From Cladosporium halotolerans (lineage: Eukaryota): a stretch of 35,656 nt of DNA. Made by a program: the position numbers and the translations under genes. Below, in pieces: positions 11,224-22,206 of this stretch; within the stretch, counting starts at the first letter, position 1, and each line of letters starts with the position of its first letter. The notes beneath the pieces were generated by a model. That model was not told where the DNA came from. It ran no database searches and worked only from the letters and a program-made list of their open reading frames with translations. The DNA lies in assembly GCF_011745625.1 (NCBI RefSeq), contig NW_027191524.1, forward strand, positions 1 through 35,656, in the 5' to 3' direction.

Positions 11224-12115
11224 GTTGGCTAATCGTCGGATTAGAGCAGAGTCAGAGAGAGTTAAATACTCATGGAAGGTGGGCAGGGCAGCTCAATATT
11301 CTTAACTCAAAAAAATAAAATAAAAAACGCAAATGTGGGCAGCAGTGCCGGGCACTTCCTCTATTAATGCGCGGTAACTATGCTTTTGTGCCAGATAGTA
11401 TGACATCTACAGTAAGAACGGAGCCATCGAAGGCCTACATGTGGGCATATCATTGCCATGGCTGGAGGCCTTGGAGTTTGCCGTCTTCTCCGTCCCAAGG
11501 TAGGGTGAATCTAAATGACGTAACAGTGACTTTACCTTGAGTTCGGATACCCTGACGAAGGAAAAGGGCCGGAGCTTGCTCCATCAAGCTTTCACTCGCC
11601 AGCCGCCCGATCCGTTTTAGAATTCTTCCCGAGGCCGTCATGTGTGCCCTGGAGATCCAGTTATCACGGCTGGAACTGACACGTTGCCGTTATCGTTGAA
11701 AGAACTGCTCTGCGCAGTTGACCGCGCGAAAGCTCTATCGGCCTCATGGACCGTGTTGAGATGACCCTACGATACATACTGTCGTTGAGCCATTTTTCGC
11801 CTCAGAGGCTGGCGAGCGGAGGAGGAGGAGGAGGAATTTATTCCGCCCGGCGCTGAGCACCTAGAGGGCAACACACTATCTACGTCATAAATTTACATGC
11901 ATCTCGAAGAGGTTGAAACAAACATAACTCCCAATCTCATTGTCTTTCGCCGCCACAACTTATTCAACGACATGTATTATTCTCGCTTTCGGATGCTCGT
12001 GATTGCTGGTCCGCGGGTATTCTTGAAGCTGTGTTTCCAAGTGTTCATCGTCCTATCTTCAGCAGATGAAGCGGGGGCCTGCCGTGTGCACGAGAGTGCT
12101 TGGGGTGGGGTGGTG

Positions 12116-12184
12116 TTAGTGGTTAGTAGGGTTAGTGGTTAGTAGGGTACGGGTTCCCCAGTCGTCGTCGTCGTCGTCGTCGTC
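12116..12184 (+). repeat. Short tandem repeats near the LINE ORF2 end / 3' UTR: (TTAGTGGTTAGTAGGG)2 and (GTC)n
   Basis: A 16-bp unit occurs twice at 12116-12147, and about eight GTC units lie at 12161-12184. Confidence 0.75.
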
Positions 12185-12189
12185 ATTCA

Positions 12190-15100
12190 CTATCTCCCTC
12201 GTCATCCGCCTTCGCGTGCTGGTGTCTCGTTCGAATCGTTTGGTAGCCAGGGTGAAGTGAATCACAGCTCGCACTGCATCCATGTCCGGCGTCCAGTCTT
12301 CGGTATCTGTGGAAGTCTTGCCTCCTAGGAGACAGAGAGCTTGTCTTCGCCTGTCCATACGCCCAGCATCTTCCGCTGCTCGCTCCACCTGGTGCAACGA
12401 AAGACGAAATGCTCTCTCGAATCGATTGCCTGAACACACTCGCAAAGGTCCAATTCCACTGCTTTGATCCTTTGCAGGTACCCGTTCAACGGCGTCATGC
12501 CTGTGCGAAATTGCGCGAGAACGCTCGCCTGCCTCTTGCTGAGCCCATCGTATATGCGCCGAGTGTGACTGCCAGGCCACGTAGCGTCAATACTACGCAC
12601 GCTTTCCCCGAATGTCGTCGGCGTCCGCGAGGTCGCTAGGCTCAGGCGTTGCTGGGCATTTCGAACCATACTTTTGGTCAGTCTCGGTCGGTTTCTGGCC
12701 ACTCATCCCTCCTCTGTAGACCGCTGCGCAAGCTGTTTTGCCTTTTGCCCGAGTTCGAAGATTAAGCTCACAGGGGCCCACGCAAAGACTACGCGGATGG
12801 CAAATCCTTTCAGGTACCTCATGTGTTTTAGAATCCCGCTGATGATCCATTGTCTGGACCTTCTGGCGGGTGTCCGTAACGAAGCTAGAACGGTGCGATT
12901 GTTGGTGAACACGTGGATAGTCTGGCCGTGTACTCGCGCCGACAGTGCCCCCACATACGCCGCATCAACAACCAAACCGAGTCCCGCCTCGATCGGAGCC
13001 AGTGCGGCTGTGTAAGCATCGCTCTGCCCACTGGTGCCTATCGTCTTGTCAAGCTCGTGTCGCTCAGTGTCGTTCCTTGTCCAGTCTCCGCCCTCGATGG
13101 CGCCGCCCATGCCGATCAGCTGGTTTCTCGCCGACGCGCTGGTGGCGATGCGCATGCCCTGAGTCCCTTGAGCCCACGCGGCTGCCTGCACGCCGTCGTC
13201 TGCATCGTCGACTATATCGAGTCGCGCGTCCCACGGCGCCGAGATGTAGGGCTGAGTTGCCTCGAGCTCATCCACAGGTGCACCACGGGCGTACTCTGCA
13301 ATCTTCTGCATGGGTGACATGAACCTTTTGCACGTCCGACGCCTACCGCCTGCGCGAGAAGGTGCGTGCCGGGCATGCTGTGCAGGTCGACCCACATCCT
13401 CAGTGCTCTTCGCTTGTGTCGTTCTTCTATCGTGGGCAGGTTGGCTTCTGCCTCTGCCACCGCCGTGCCGATCGTCTGGAAGCATCCGACCACTGCCTGT
13501 CCACCGATCCTCTGCACCCGCTTGAGCACTCTCTCTGCGCTGGCCCTCCTGGCGTGCATCCATACTGAGGACGCGTAGTCGACCACAGGAGCCACTGTCG
13601 CGTCGAACAGCTTTCGCGTCACTGACGGCGAGAGTCCTCGCAGCCGCTTCAGCGCCATGGCCGCCTGTAGCCCCTTCGCCGCAGCGCGTGCGGCGTGTTC
13701 TTGGTAGCGCAGTCGTGTGTCCATCACCAAGCCCAGAATCTTGACGCTGGGCGTGGGCCGTATCTCCTCCCCTTTGACGATTATCGGTTCGTACGCGGAC
13801 TGACGAGTGTTGTTCCTCGTGAAGTGGATGAAAGCGGCCTTGTCCCCTTCAAAAGACGCCCCGCTCCTGCTCTCCCACTCGGTCGCTTATTGTACGATGG
13901 TCTGGAGTCAACCCACCTTCTCCGCAGCGGTCTTGCCCACGACCCACGCAGTGTAATCGTCCACGAAAGCGATCGCCCCACCGTTCTGGTCGATTCCTTG
14001 CTGCACAAGGTCCGCGTTGAAGAAGAGAAACAAGATCGGAGACAAAGGGGAACCTTGCGGCAGCCCAGCTTGTTCGAGTGCTCTCACACCCGATGCCTGG
14101 CCGTTCACCACGATCGCGGCCGTGCGTTCGGAGCAGAAGGCGTCGATCCACTTCACCAGGTCTGAGGGGATGCCCCTGGCCCGGAGCCGCTGCAGCAGTC
14201 TGTCTTTGTAGACCCCGTTGTACGCCCCTTTCACATCGAAACTGACCAGGCTCACCACTCTCTTGTTCCGCCAAGCTGTGTAAATGTGCTCCTGGAGGAG
14301 CAGCAGTGCCTGCTCCGCCGATCTCTGCTTCCTAGCGCCAAAGTGGTTGGCTGGCAGCAGGCCGTAGGTCTCGACCGCAAACGATATCCTCTCCGCAACG
14401 ACTGCCTCCAGCAACTTCCCCAGCGTCGATAGCAGTGAGATGGGCCTCCACGCCTTCGCCAGGGTGTAGTCGTTCCTGTTAGGCTTCTTGAGCGGGATAA
14501 TCTTTGCGACTTTCCATTGCTGAGGGATCACTCCTGTGTCGAGGGAGGTTTGAAACAGGTGGCGGACACTCTCACTCACGGCCGGCCATACTCGTCTCCA
14601 CACGCCGCCCGGGATTCCGTCTTCTCCTGCTGCTTTCCAGGGTTTGGTCTTCATGAGACAGCTCTCAATCCCTTCTTCCGTTAGCTGAGGCATGGCAACA
14701 GCAGTTCTTTGTGGCCTGTCGCCTTCCTCCTCTATATTCTCAGGCAGTTGCGGAAAGAAGGTCGCGAGCAGCTGCTCCGCTTGCTCCGCAGAGTTCTTCG
14801 TAAGTGATCCATCCGCCCTTCGCAGCTGCGGGATCCTCGAACAGCTGGATCCTTGGTCTGGCTGCAGATACCGCGTTGCCTTCCATATGTTGGCGTCGTC
14901 CGCCAGGAAGTCGTCCCAATGCGTCCTTTGTTGTCTGTGTATAGCATCGTGGTACTCTTTAGACGCCGCTCGAGCCTGCTGTTGCAGCGTCGGCAATGCC
15001 TCTCCACCGCGTCGTTGAGCTCGAGCTCTGTTCCTCCAGTATGTATACACCCGCCGGAGCTTCGTCAGATCCTGAGTCCACCATCGCTTCGCATACGGGC

Positions 15101-16007
15101 AAGGCTTAGCCCTGGGCGTCAGCGCGTGGACGGCATCTTGCACAGCGTGCATCAGGCGGTCCGTTTGCTCCTGAACGGTGACGCCCGGGCGTTGTTGCTG
15201 CAGTGTTCCAGCGATCCGTGCCCGGATCTCCTTCCACGGAGCGTTCTTATACAGTAGACGTGGCTCGGCCATGTGCTCCGGGAGGTCGACATCGAATGTC
15301 GTCTCGATCGCACGGTGGTCAGACCCATGCTCTGTGTCGTGGATCTTGCACTTCACCAAATTTGCCGCCAGCTCCTGTGATACCAACATCAGGTCGATCG
15401 TCGTCGCGTACCTACTGTCCTGCCATGTCTTGGTACCTCGAGGCAGCAAGCTCTCGAGGCTCCATTCCCCCATGAAGTCGATGATCGGGTCTGCCTCGCC
15501 TTGACGCTGTGACAGCACCTCGTCTCCGCCCCACAATTGGTCATGGCGGTTGAAGTCCCCGGCAATAACCAAGTCGAGGCGCGGCCCACCGCGGTGTCCA
15601 GCGCTGCGGATTGCCTCACGGAGATGATCCATCGTTTGAGACAGCGCTAACGCATTTCCACCCTCAACATACACTGATGCCACCAGCACTGATCGATCTG
15701 GCAGACGCAGTAGCGCCACCGTGAGATCCGCTGACGGCACTTCGACCTGCTCACATTCGATGTCTCTACGCACCCAAAGCATGCTACGGATCGCCCACCT
15801 CCCGTCATGCCTCTCGCTGGGTAGTATGGCCGTCCAGCCTTGGTGCCCCATCGGGCTCGTTGTTAACTTTCCATCCATCTCGAAAACGTGTGGTTCGCTA
15901 ACCATCAAAGCTGCGTACTCTTTCAAACTAACATCGTTCATCATGCTGTGCTGCACGTTGCGCTGCTTCTGCACATTCAGTTGCAAGAACCTCATCAACC
16001 TAGACAT
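12190..16007 (-). pseudogene. LINE ORF2 (endonuclease, reverse transcriptase, RNase H-like, CCHC) with stops and frameshifts
   Basis: APE motifs QLNVQK, SEPH, GDFNRH, TIDL and GSDH. RT motifs WRPISLLSTLGK, FDVKGAYN, GLPQGSPLSP and FVDD. C-terminal CEC...REHFVFRC. In-frame stops at 13908 (TGA), 13887 (TAA) and 12703 (TGA). Frameshifts at ~13355 and ~12335. The ATG at 16007 overlaps the ORF1 stop. The 3' end is approximate. Confidence 0.92.
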
Positions 16008-17499
16008 TAGCCGCTGGATAAAGGATCCGACATTGGCGGCTAGACGATTCGTGTGGTCCGCCACACACCGCACAACTTTGGACTGTCCGCCTGACGTTCG
16101 CTGTGACGGTGGCCTGATTGGGCGCACCTGCTGCACACCTGCGGTCTGGTGCACGAAAGCGCCTTGTGCCCAAGCCCCAGAGACTTGAAGCACTGCGTCG
16201 GTCCGCGTCTGGGTTCGAACACCCGGGTGAAAGCGGACTCTCCGTCCACGTCGAAGTACTGGCCTTCCAGGAGCCTCGCTGCATCGGCGCGCTTCGTCAC
16301 ATACACAACCATAGACCCGTACGCCTTCGGCGAATCCTTTCGGCTGGGCCACGACAGTTTGGCAATTTTCACCTCGTTCTCTTTCTCCATCAACTCCGTC
16401 GCACCTACCCGCAGCTCTCCATTCTCATCCAGCACCGCCGTCCTGCACGCGTTGTCCACCTTGACGGGGTACCATTGATCGCGCAGCACGCGCGCTCCGC
16501 TCGCCTTCGCCCTCTCGGCCACCACCTTGACCCGAGCCAACTCCTCTTCGTCCCGGCAGGTGATGCGAATGCGGCCGGAGTAGCGAGGGTCCCTCGTCAC
16601 CGCCACACATCGCCACCCGCTTCCACCGTCACCCTTCCTCATGCCTTCCTCGACCTCCTGTCTGATTGTGCTAGCATTCGCCCTGCCCCTCTCCTCCTCT
16701 TCAACGTTGGATACATCCACCGTGCAGTACAGCGTGTCAGTCAAAGTTGATGGGGTGGTGTGATTGGAGAGCGTCCTCAGGTTACTGGGGTGACTGCCTG
16801 GTGGGGTGCGCGCGAGGTCGGCGTACGGCGGATTTGGGCTAGATGCTTGAGCGCTCGACGGTTGAATGCTAGACAGCTGCTTTTCGACGATGGCTGTGAC
16901 CTGCTCCTGGACGATAGATGTGACCTGCTGCTGGACTATGGTACTAACCTGCTGTTGAACGATCGCAGTGACCTTCTCCGTAACAATGTTCATGACCTCT
17001 CGCTGCACGATACTTTGGACTTCTTGCTTCACGATACTTTTGACCTCTTGCTGCACCACCTCCTTGACCTCCCGACGAACTACCCCACTCACCTGCTGTT
17101 GCACGGCGCTCTTGACCTCGTCCCTAATAGCCTCTACAATCTCGCGTTGTACGGTGGCCTTCAATTGCTCTTGAACAATGTCCCTTACTTCTTCCGATAC
17201 GGTCTCTTTCACTTGTCCGATTCCGGTACTTGTTCGATGGCCTCCTAAACGAGGGCGAAGCGCTCGTCAACAGATTCGCGCATGCCGGCAATGGCCTTCA
17301 AAACAGTGTCCAGCCGAGACTCCGAAGTTTCGCTGCTCTTCCCTGATGCTTTAGACAGAGCTGTCTCCTTTGCCAATATTCCTCGGTGCAGTTTCCGATA
17401 GTCGACCTCGGTGCGTGAGACGCGTTGTCGGCTTGGACGCGTCAACGCGGGCGACGCGCCCTCGTCCGGCTGCGACGGCGGGCGCCCAACGGCAGCCAT
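16000..17499 (-). pseudogene. LINE ORF1 (gag-like nucleic-acid-binding protein)
   Basis: ATG at 17499, TAG at 17245 and a frameshift, then an 8-aa repeat array and LRDQWYPVKVDN...YGSMVVY. Three partly degenerate knuckles follow: QCFKSLGLGHKALSC, CSRCAQSGH and (after a frameshift) CAVCGGPHESSSRQC. Stop TAG at 16000-16002. Confidence 0.88.
16874..17209 (-). repeat. 14 x 24-nt degenerate coding tandem repeat in ORF1
   Basis: Translates as KETVSEEV RDIVQEQL KATVQREI VEAIRDEV KSAVQQQV SGVVRREV KEVVQQEV KSIVKQEV QSIVQREV MNIVTEKV TAIVQQQV STIVQQQV TSIVQEQV TAIVEKQL. Confidence 0.85.
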
Positions 17500-17573
17500 T
17501 GACAGGTGCGCCTAGAAGACACAATATCTACGTGATGAACAGCTTTTTCTTCAATAAATTTAACAATCCTCGG

Positions 17574-18044
17574 TCACTCGAAATGTATGAACGCAGTCTT
17601 GTGGGCCTCGAACACCGCTCCACTCTCTCGGGCCCACTTCCCAGCCCGAGGTAGCAACTGCGTCTGCAGCTTGCGCGTGTTCTCTTCCGCGCTTGGTCCT
17701 ACCACCCATGCGTTGTAGTCGTCGATGAAGCCAATGTGACCCCCACTCTTGTTGATGCAGCCCTGCACGAGGTTCGCATTGTAGAAGACGTACAGTACGG
17801 GAGAAGAAAGCGGCGACCCCTGCGGGATGCCTGCGTGCTCAATGTCCTGCACGGGCGAGTCGTAGTCGCCTACTACGACTGAAGCCTTCCTTCCGTTGCA
17901 AAAGCTCTCGATCCAGGCTACCAGGTCGCCCGGTATCCTTCTTTCTCGCAGCCGTTCGGCAAGCGCCGGAGGATGCGCGCCATTGAATGCACCTTGCACA
18001 TCGAACGAGACAAGGGAGAGGATCTTATAGACCCTCCACGCTGA
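17574..18044 (-). mobile_element. Internal RT fragment of another Tad-like LINE
   Basis: AWRVYKILSLVSFDVQGAFN...GIPQGSPLS...GFIDDYNAWVVG...SGAVFEAHKTAFIHF. It is related to, but clearly diverged from, the RT at 13.8-14.3 kb, and both ends are truncated. Confidence 0.88.
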
Positions 18045-18609
18045 AGAGCGGTTGAGTTTCCATGGTTTATTAAGGCGTTAGGATACGTGGTAGGGGTTCA
18101 GTGTCAGTGACACAATTAAGTACAGACTTCGGTAGACATGATGAGAATGCGATCGATCTATATTGCCTCAACCACCAGCCACTACGTGCGCGACCTCAAT
18201 TCAGACAATTTGTGATTACCGCTCAAGATAACTCTCCATCGGCTTTGTACAGCTGGTTCCGAGCATCTGGGGAGGTTTGTAAGCAAGGTACCCATACCTA
18301 AACCTTAACACCAACCCTAACCCTACGTACACCAAGAACAGGTTGCCATTATGTCTATCAATACTCCGCCTTGCTCTTTGTTATCACCTAATTATCACAA
18401 GTCCTTTGCTGAGATTAAATATTTTGCACGGCGATATCCAGACACATCTGAAATCAAAATGTGGCGCCTGAGGTTCGTCGTCCCATCGACTGGACGAAGC
18501 GCGCTCCGCCACGCGCGCTGGTGTCAACGCCACTGATTCTTTGATTTCTTTCACAACAACAACGATCCCACATCAACACTGCCGCAATTGAGTGCTCTTT
18601 AGTAATAAA

Positions 18610-20686
18610 ATGAGTATCAGCGACGACGATGACGACTTCGAACTGTCATCGTCCGACGAGCTCGAGCTCCCGGCCGTAGCCGATCAAGCAGAACAAGAGC
18701 AACCAGATCAGGGGCCAAAAGCACGCGCGAACGGAATCCGAGCATTATAACGAGCCGCCCAGCAAAATGCCAAAGACTACAGACACAGCTCTCAACGTTG
18801 CGACGGAAGTCCTCAAGATCCGCTTCAAGCTGCCAGGCTTCCGCCTCAAGCAAGCACTTGGCATCAGCAGAGTGCTCAATGGCGGAAGCGCCGTGTCGTG
18901 TTTCCCACCGGTGGCGGCAAATCACTATGCTACCAGGTCCCTGGCGTAGCTATCAAGCGTCTGAACAAGCTCAGTGGCGTGCGGCAAGGTCACGCCGAAG
19001 GCGGCATTACGCTAGTCGTGTCGCCACTGATAGCATTAATGAAAGACCAGGTGGACGCATTGAAGCGATTGGGCATTCGTGCCGAGGCTATGGACTCAAG
19101 CAAGTCCAAGGAAGAATACCTATCAGCAGTCAATGGTATGCGAGAGGGGTTGCTCGATATCCTATATTGCGTACCGGAAAGACTCAACGACGAAGGTTTC
19201 GTGGCTTCCATGGCAAGCGTCAAAGGTGGCGTACGGCTTCTTGCAGCGGACGAAGCTCACTGCATTTCAGAATGGGGTCACGCGTTCAGACCGGATTATC
19301 TGAAGGTTGCACGGTTTGCAAAGGGGATCCAGGCGGAGCGAGTGATCTGTCTGACCGCCACTGCCACGCCCAAAGTCGCCGAAGATGTCTGCAAAGCATT
19401 CGAAATATCCCCCGAAGAAGGCGTCTTCCGCACTGCGACATATCGCGACAAGTTGCATTTATATGCGAGATCGTTCTTGACGAAAGAAGAATCATACCCC
19501 GAGCTCATCAAATTCTTGAATCAACATCCCGGACCGAGCATTGTGTACGTGACACTTCAAAAACACGCCGAGCAATTAGCGGAGCGACTGCGGAAGAGCA
19601 AACTCAAGAGCCGTCATTTCCATGCCGGCATGGCTCCAGACGAGAAGACCGCATGCCAAGATAAATTCATGGCATCAAACAACGTGATCATATGCGCAAC
19701 GATTGCTTTCGGCATGGGCATAGACAAAGCTAACATCCGGAATGTCACTCGCAGGAGATTGGACGTGCGGGTTGAGGCGGCAAGGAGAGCGATTGTATGC
19801 TGTTCATGTGCGCTGAAGACTTTCATCTCCGAGAGAGTTTCACTCGTGGCGATCTACCATCTCGGCAAAGCGTACGCTCACTGACTCTGAACGTCTTCTC
19901 TACTATGGTCTCTGGATCAGGCAAAGGCACAATCATAGAATTGAGTAGTACCAGTACAAGGAGCTCTTAACACCGACAGACAACTCGCCTGTCGCTGAAG
20001 CTATCCGGAAAGGCTCCAGAAAAGCGAAGGCATGGACATACGTAAACGTTGACTCAATATCCAAGACCGGAAGCGTGTCTAGAGAGCGCGTCGTCAGCAG
20101 ACTGAACGACTGGAACGAGCGAGGCTTCATACAGCTCGAGACAAAGAATGTTCACCAAATCTATTTGGTACTCAAGCCGCTTCCTTCATCCGGCCAGGAC
20201 CGTCAGGCTCTGTCAGACAAAGTGTACCGAGAGCTGGAGGTCCGAGAACAGCAGGATCTGGCACGGATGGATGAAGTCACGAATCTTGTTGTCGGGAAGC
20301 AGTGTTCCGCGCTCGCTCTGGCAAAGCATTTCGGAGATGAACTGCCGGACAAAGCGCAAGAATGTGGCCACTGCACTTGGTGCGAGACACATCAACCTGT
20401 GGAGCTCAAGAAGCCACCGCAAGTCCCTTGGGACAGCAAAGCCTTCGTCAAGATACTTGAAGCAGTGCCTGAGCGCGATGATCCCAGATACCTTGCTCGC
20501 ATTGCATTCGGTATTGGAAGCCCACGGGCCACGCAGGCGAAGCTGTCGAGGCATCCTGTGTTCGGCTCGAGGGAAGATTGCAGTTCACAGTAAGCGTGTC
20601 AAGAAGTCGTCTTGATCGAGTAATTTGACTGACACTGCTCGCAGACCTTGCTCGATGCATTCACCAAAGTGTGCGATGGAGAGTAG
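18610..20686 (+). pseudogene. recQ: RecQ-family ATP-dependent DNA helicase pseudogene
   Basis: Motif I FPTGGGKSLCYQ, VVSPLIALMKDQ, DEAHCISEWGHAFRPDY, LTATAT, ATIAFGMGIDK, motif VI SQEIGRAG* and a zinc site CGHCTWC. There are frameshifts at ~18715 and ~18897, a deletion between motifs V and VI (~19746), TGA at 19773-19775 and a further break at ~19950. The last intron is ~20590..20644 and the stop TAG is at 20684-20686. Confidence 0.9.
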
Positions 20687-20887
20687 CAAGACGCCACCTG
20701 CTCTCAAATCCGTGAATGTCACAGATGCCGACGGAAAGGAAGTTCTTGCAATGATCGAAACTTAGCTCCTTCTTAGCATGGATACGTTCTAGCTCGGGCA
20801 CCCCATGGACATGTTCATGTGGCCTCTCAGGCCCGGATTCTATTGAAATACGAATCCGATCATATTTCGCAAACAAGACCACCGCCC

Positions 20888-21770
20888 TCACTGCCCCTCT
20901 CCGACCGGAACGCCCAACCCATGCCTCCCCTCATATTTTGGTACCTTCGGTTCCTCCCAGCCTTTTAGAACCCCCTCCTCATCCTCCAATTCAAAGACTT
21001 CCACCTTCAACGGCCGGCAGCACTCCTTCATCCCACCCTCTCCTTCTCCCTCACACCCACCCCACTGACTCAAATCCCCACCAGGACACGTGCTCAGCGC
21101 CATGAGCAAACCCTGCTCAGCAAAGAACTCAATAAAATCCCTCTGCTTCGCCGGACTAGCCTCCATGAAATACCTCCCTTCCTCATCGAGCCCCGTAACC
21201 TGAAACACATTCAGCACATCATGAACCTCAAACTCCGTCAGCCCAAACTCCAGCACCGCGCGTCAAATTGCTATGACACTGATAATCGTACTGATCCCCC
21301 CTCAGCATCGCATAGACGTACGGATCGCACCGCGTGCCGAGCAGGTCATGACACCGCCCGCCAAACTCGTCCACTCCGTAATTCTCGCCGCCCAGAGAAT
21401 CCGCCACGATCGTCACCAACGGCCGCAGGTAGGGCAGGCAGCTCCATAGCCGATCGAACGTGCTCACATGGCTCGCGTGCAGCTGTCTCGTGCGGGCGGC
21501 CCAGAAACGTTCGCGGGGATTGTGTGCGCTCCAAATGTTCAGATCGCCGACTTGGGGGCCTTCGGGGGTCGAGATGCGGATTATGGTGCGGGCGGGCGCG
21601 TGCCAGGCCCGCCCGGAGCGGGGTGGGAGAATGAATGAGGTTTTTGGTGTCGTGCGAGTGGCGGTGGCGATGCGGCTGTAGAGGGTGCGGTCGGCGTAAA
21701 GGATGGAACCAGGGCGGGATTGATAGGCGGGTTGGGGCTTTGGGCGGAGAGGTTTGGCAGGATCAGACAT
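20888..21770 (-). pseudogene. DUF1989 / urea carboxylase-associated family protein with one frameshift
   Basis: PEGPQVGDLNIW, ERFWAARTRQLH, RCHDLLGTRCDPY, CHSNL, VHDVLNVFQVTGL and LSTCPGGDLS. The two ORFs join through a single frameshift at ~21257 in a CG run, which could be a sequencing error. Confidence 0.85.
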
Positions 21771-22206
21771 TGTTGCTTACAAATGATGGCCGTCGGTTGT
21801 TGTTGTCAGTCCTCTCTAGAGTTATTCGAAGTATAGACTGACAGAAAGATACAAAGTAAGTTGGACGTGTCGTTGTCAAGAGAAGGCGTGCTTCGTTCCA
21901 TTGCCGAGGTCGACGATTGCTGCTTATGCACAATGAAGCCCAATCAAGCCAAGATAAGAGCCATGTCATGCATTAGGTAAGTAGTAACATACATGGTAAA
22001 TCGCAAGAATACACACATATAAAAATTGTACACATACAATCATTATCCACACATCCATGATATGGCGCCCAAGCCATCCAATTCCGTAACGCCTCGATAA
22101 GGTCGCAAAGAAGCAGTGATATCACCAAGACCTCCCGAACAAGTCGCCACTAATGGTAATGGCGTGCGCAGGATACATGCTGAGCAAATGCACGTTCCGT
22201 GATTTT

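Larger units (their letters stand above)
11818..17560 (-). mobile_element. Near full-length Tad1-clade LINE (ORF1 + ORF2), inactivated
   Basis: ORF1 has zinc knuckles. ORF2 has APE, RT, RNase H-like and zinc-finger regions. The 3' UTR ends in AATAAATT followed by a (CCT)n tail, seen as (GGA)6 on + at 11818-11835. The 5' boundary is approximate and no TSD was found. Confidence 0.93.

Noticed and set aside
13908..16352. 814-aa ORF starting at 16352 as called by the track
   Set aside because: The first 115 codons are an alternate frame of ORF1. ORF2 most likely starts at ATG 16007.
18292..18327. Telomere-like CCCTAACCCTA near the RecQ gene (similar motifs at ~12116-12147 and ~28767)
   Set aside because: There are fewer than two full units, and the helicase does not look like a telomere-linked TLH type, so a subtelomeric location cannot be claimed.
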